From a bacterium (GTDB lineage: Bacteria; Zhuqueibacterota; Zhuqueibacteria; Residuimicrobiales; Krinioviventaceae), in NCBI GenBank assembly GCA_963674595.2, contig CAXXFV010000009.1, positions 32,001-96,000 of the forward strand: a stretch of 64,000 nucleotides of DNA. The letters run 5' to 3'. The notes beneath the pieces are model-generated. The model searched no databases, was not told the DNA's origin, and saw only the letters and a list, made by a program, of their open reading frames with translations. Positions 60,488-64,000 of this stretch are shown here, in pieces (the stretch's first letter is position 1; each line of letters begins with the position of its first letter). The position numbers were made by a program, and so were the translations under genes.

Positions 60488-61047
60488 ACTGATTGATTAA
60501 CATATTTTTTAATTTTTTGCACAGCCTGGAAAAGAGTGGCCTTGACTGTACCTTGTTTTCTTTTTACTATTACAGTGATTTCCTGAATCGATAAATCCTG
60601 AATATAAAACAGACTGAATACGGCTCGTTGCCGTGGCGTTAAGGACTTGAGGGCCGCTTGAATATCCTGCCATTGCTCAATATTTTGAAAGCTTGTAAGA
60701 GAATTCGAAACCGTATTTTCAGCATAAAGATAGCCATCTTTATCCGGATCAGCTTCTTCACCAAGAAAGAACCGTCGCACTCTTAGTTTACGCAATTCGT
60801 CCCGATACAGATTGGTGGCGATAGTAAATATATAATGTTTAAAATTTTTTATTTTGGATTTTCCCGGAAGGGCCCTGACGGCACGCAGCCATGTTTCCTG
60901 AAACAGGTCTTGCACAAGCCATGACTCTGAGCATAAATAGCAGAGATAGCGATAGACGTCCGCTTGGTATGTTTTATATAGTTGTGTAAAAGCGTCCTCA
61001 TCTCCACAAGCAGCAGATTCGATCAGCTCCGCATCCTTTTGCGGCAT
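60484..61047 (-). CDS. ECF RNA polymerase sigma factor
   Basis: DLFQETWL, IATN..RD.LRK, LTPRQRAVF and GTVKATL motifs. GGAGG RBS before the ATG at 61047 (track start 61074). Confidence 0.92.
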   Translation of the reverse strand: MPQKDAELIESAACGDEDAFTQLYKTYQADVYRYLCYLCSESWLVQDLFQETWLRAVRALPGKSKIKNFKHYIFTIATNLYRDELRKLRVRRFFLGEEADPDKDGYLYAENTVSNSLTSFQNIEQWQDIQAALKSLTPRQRAVFSLFYIQDLSIQEITVIVKRKQGTVKATLFQAVQKIKKYVNQSV

Positions 61048-61081
61048 CGTTTCCTCCGGAAAATCATTTGTCATAATAATA

Positions 61082-61107
61082 GACGTTTGAGAAGGAAAAA
61101 GGTTTAG
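61082..61107 (-). promoter_or_regulatory. ECF-type autoregulatory promoter
   Basis: The minus strand reads CTAAAC-N16-CGTC directly upstream of the sigma gene, matching the AAC/CGT ECF consensus. Confidence 0.65.
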
Positions 61108-61136
61108 TGAGATATATAAATGACGGACATAATTTT

Positions 61137-61166
61137 AAGCCGGATTCGGTATTTTGAATCCGGCTT
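61137..61166 (-). terminator. Hairpin, probable terminator insulating the ECF operon
   Basis: AAGCCGGATTC...GAATCCGGCTT perfect 11-bp stem. The T-tract lies on the + strand side, so orientation is uncertain. Confidence 0.55.
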
Positions 61167-61313
61167 GCTTTTTAAATTTTTTTCAATATCCCAATCAAGC
61201 AATCACTGTTTTATATTGCTTGTTTGTTATGTCATAAATAGAAATTCGCCAAACTTTTGACGATGAATAAAATTGAAAGTTTTCTGAATTTAGACACTTG
61301 TAAATACAAGTGA

Positions 61314-61943
61314 TTATATATTATTTTTGATTTTTATATTTTCTAATAATTTTTCAAACTCTTCTTTATATTTCAATTTTGGATTTTTACTATATCTTTG
61401 GTTTGGACCAGTTTCAGCATGATGAGCAATAAATATAAAATTTTTATTATTGGGAATATGGATATATAAATTACCATAGTTTAAAATTTGTTCTGTAAAG
61501 GTTGCATATCTCATTGTATAAAATGTTTTGTTTTGTATTACACAATTACCAGAATTAATATCTTTGGATAAATTATATTTTCCCTTATTTACTCCCAGCT
61601 CAATCATTCCATTAATTTCATTTTGTCTGTATATATCTGCAATTTCTGAAATCGATTTTTGTTTTAAATTTTCATCTAATATTTGAAATATTTGAAATGA
61701 TAGTTCGAATCCAAATAATTCGTTTTTTTTATTAATATTTACGATTTCCGACTCGCCGCCAATTCTATTTATATACCATCCTTTTAAAAGGTTTCCTTGT
61801 TTTTTATTCCTCAAGCTGAGAGAATAATGGGCCATATCAACAGTTAAATAATTATTGTCAAGCTTTATCCCTTGACCTGAATAACAGGTAATAATAAAAA
61901 TTATTGGAATTAAAATGGCATTTAATTTTAATACAGCCCTCAT
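61314..61943 (-). CDS. Hypothetical exported protein or lipoprotein, very AT-rich
   Basis: GGAG RBS before the ATG at 61943. Hydrophobic N-terminus ending IITC. Confidence 0.65.
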   Translation of the reverse strand: MRAVLKLNAILIPIIFIITCYSGQGIKLDNNYLTVDMAHYSLSLRNKKQGNLLKGWYINRIGGESEIVNINKKNELFGFELSFQIFQILDENLKQKSISEIADIYRQNEINGMIELGVNKGKYNLSKDINSGNCVIQNKTFYTMRYATFTEQILNYGNLYIHIPNNKNFIFIAHHAETGPNQRYSKNPKLKYKEEFEKLLENIKIKNNI

Positions 61944-62059
61944 AGTATCGTCTCCAGAAATAGTTGTTGTCAAAAATCGGATTCCAAAAAGAATTATCCA
62001 GCCTTTAGCTTAAATTTTATAAAACAATATCGGGTGCCTAAAAAGCCCCATTATACATT

Positions 62060-64000
62060 TTATTCAATAAACAACTTGTCCGGCGGCAGTTGCTGCTTTT
62101 CGATCCCCGGTCCTTTGTAATATACCTCTAAACCATTATCGCCACCGGCGTCAAAAAAATCGAGGTGTAACGGATATTTGCCTGGTTTTAAATATACAGT
62201 GCCCTGGCGTTCCACCATGCCGTGCCTTCCACCGTTTTCCACGACAAGCTTGCCGTTCAGGTAGGTCATACTGCCGTCGTTAGAGTTTACAAAAAACGTA
62301 TAGTCGCCTTCCGTATCTATTTGCAGAATTGTGTCAAATTGAAAGGCAAATTTTTCTCTTCTTTGTTTGAGTTTTTGAGAGTCAAACGTGTATGATTGGC
62401 CGGAACTTTTAACTTTTATGGCATTAAAATCCGGCATGTCTTCATCAACTGTTTCATAATATTTGTAGGTAATACCATTCTTTGCGCTGTTTACAACGTA
62501 TATGCCATTTGTCACCAGGTCGCTTTCAATCATATCATCTTTAAAGGCGCGTACTTTAACAATGGCACTCTTTTTTAAAGTAATTGGCGCTGTATATAAC
62601 ACCGATGTCTTTGTCGGTTCACTGCCGTCCAATGTATAGCGTATTTCCGCACCCTGTGAGGTACAGGCTAACTGAATGTTGGCGGGTGAATCCTCGTAAA
62701 TGGACTGAAAATTTTTAAACTCAGGTTTGGCTGTTTTATAGTCCCGCCAGTAAACACGCTGTGCCGGTCCGGTACTTTCAATGACGCTAAAGTCCCTGAA
62801 TAGGCCATAATCAATAAAATCATAATCGCTGCCTGCCGGTATATGGTCCGGTGCTGTTTGAAATGAATTCGGCCATGCGGAACCTCTAACACTTCCCATG
62901 TGGTGTGGTCCCAGCAGATTTTTTAAGGTACCATAAACCGTAACAGAGATTTTATTTTCGCCTTTATGGACCAAATCTGTAATATCCAGCTCATAGGGAG
63001 CGGAAATAATCAGCCCGGCTTCTTTATCATTAACTTTAACCTGGGCAACACTTCCCAGCCAATCGGTGAGTTTAACGATGTGGCGTTTGTCTTTCGTATC
63101 AAGTTTAAAACTTGTAGCGTATTCCACACCGTCCGAATAAAAGGGCAGTCCCTGTTTTTTCCAACTCTCCAATACGAGTTTTTCTGACGGAACGAGTTTC
63201 CAACCCTTGGTTTGTGATTCAAGTTGAAAATCACCCAGCAGATAAATCGGTTCCAGTTCCGAATGAATTGTCATGGGCGAAGCTTTTAGGGTGATTTTAT
63301 TTGTACCAACCTTTATATATTTGCCGATATCATACACGCCAATGGCCCTGTCCAGCCAGGTTTCTCCATTGGGAGCGATACTTTTACCGTTAATAGATAC
63401 CTTCCAGCATTCCGGACGTTCTACAGCGGCTTTTATTGTGCCTGTATCCAGGCCTTCGGCTGTATCAAAATAAAAATCTGCCTGAAAACCGGAATCCTGA
63501 GCAAAGTTATCACGGTCAAGAATAGATGTTTTATACTGAACTGATCTGCTCCAGGGATCACCTTCGAATCCGAAATGAGTGAATATTTTATCAGACGCCT
63601 TAAAAAAAGTAAATGTCCTTTTCTATCTTTCCGTCCAATGTCAAATCGCAATAATCCAGTGTAAGCGTATTGGGCGTTAAACGGTTGATTTGCAGATCTG
63701 ATACTGATTTCAAAACTTTAATTTCAGCGGCTTTTTGTGGTAACGGTGTGTTTGCCCCTGAATTACCAACAAACAGTAAAAGACTTCCGGCAGGGGGAAT
63801 GTCAAACGCAATATCCAGTTTGCCGTTTTTTTGTTGTGCCGGATAACCGGACAAACAGCCGCAATCAGGATTGAGCTCTTTAACAGACTGCCCGTTGATG
63901 GTAAAAGAACCTGTTGACCAGTCCTCAGAACTTGAGTTGACAAGGAACACAATCTGTCCGTCGTCCAATACCCGGCGATGATGAAACAGTTTGCCGCCGG
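62060..64000 (-). CDS. Large glycoside hydrolase (GH106/GH2-like) C-terminal region with chitobiase-type Fn3 and PA14 domains; 5' partial and frameshifted
   Basis: Removing one base from the A7 run at 63602-63608 joins 63600..63968 to 62060..63337 through an open linker (YFFKASDKIFTHFGFEGDPWSRSVQY...WLDRAIGVYDI). IRYTLDGSEP indicates Fn3 and SNDGS...NGGRHG indicates PA14. Confidence 0.75.

Noticed and set aside
63433-63651. 72-aa minus-strand ORF
   Set aside because: An off-frame by-product of the frameshifted glycoside hydrolase.
1-64000. CRISPR arrays, tRNA/rRNA genes, IS elements, prophage genes
   Set aside because: I saw no repeat-spacer periodicity, cloverleaf, rRNA signature, transposase or phage motif by eye. 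Dedicated scans were not run.

Overview
AT-rich bacterial window. The six secreted proteins ending in an NYPNPFN/FlgD-Ig-like C-terminal sorting domain suggest an FCB-related lineage such as KSB1 or Calditrichota (inference). 1-32.3 kb (+) is a carbohydrate-utilisation and secreted-protein region. It encodes a 900-bp-repeat surface protein, an FG-GAP/ASPIC protein, two Na+/solute symporters, GH2, GH20, two GH130s, two esterases, a nitrilase, two EEP proteins, twin YWTD propellers and an FGE-sulfatase lipoprotein. 32.8-52.3 kb (+) holds an MFS transporter, a thioredoxin, a PHP protein, spoVG, a heparinase II/III-like lyase, a split ORF that reads as a DUF1573 selenoprotein, a TrmB-like methyltransferase, and an Opp-type ABC operon interleaved with a GAF histidine kinase and a Ser/Thr kinase-dead NTPase-TPR protein. 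52.7-64 kb (-) holds a methyltransferase, a 7TM histidine kinase, orphan genes, a possible two-gene defence module behind a structured G4-containing leader, an ECF sigma/anti-sigma operon and a frameshifted glycoside hydrolase. The strongest leads are the UGA-recoded protein, sorting-domain shuffling at the NYPNPFN motif, the ABC/kinase operon and the 58.8-59.2 kb non-coding element. I recognised no rRNA, tRNA, CRISPR array, transposase or reverse transcriptase. All calls were made by eye, without database searches.
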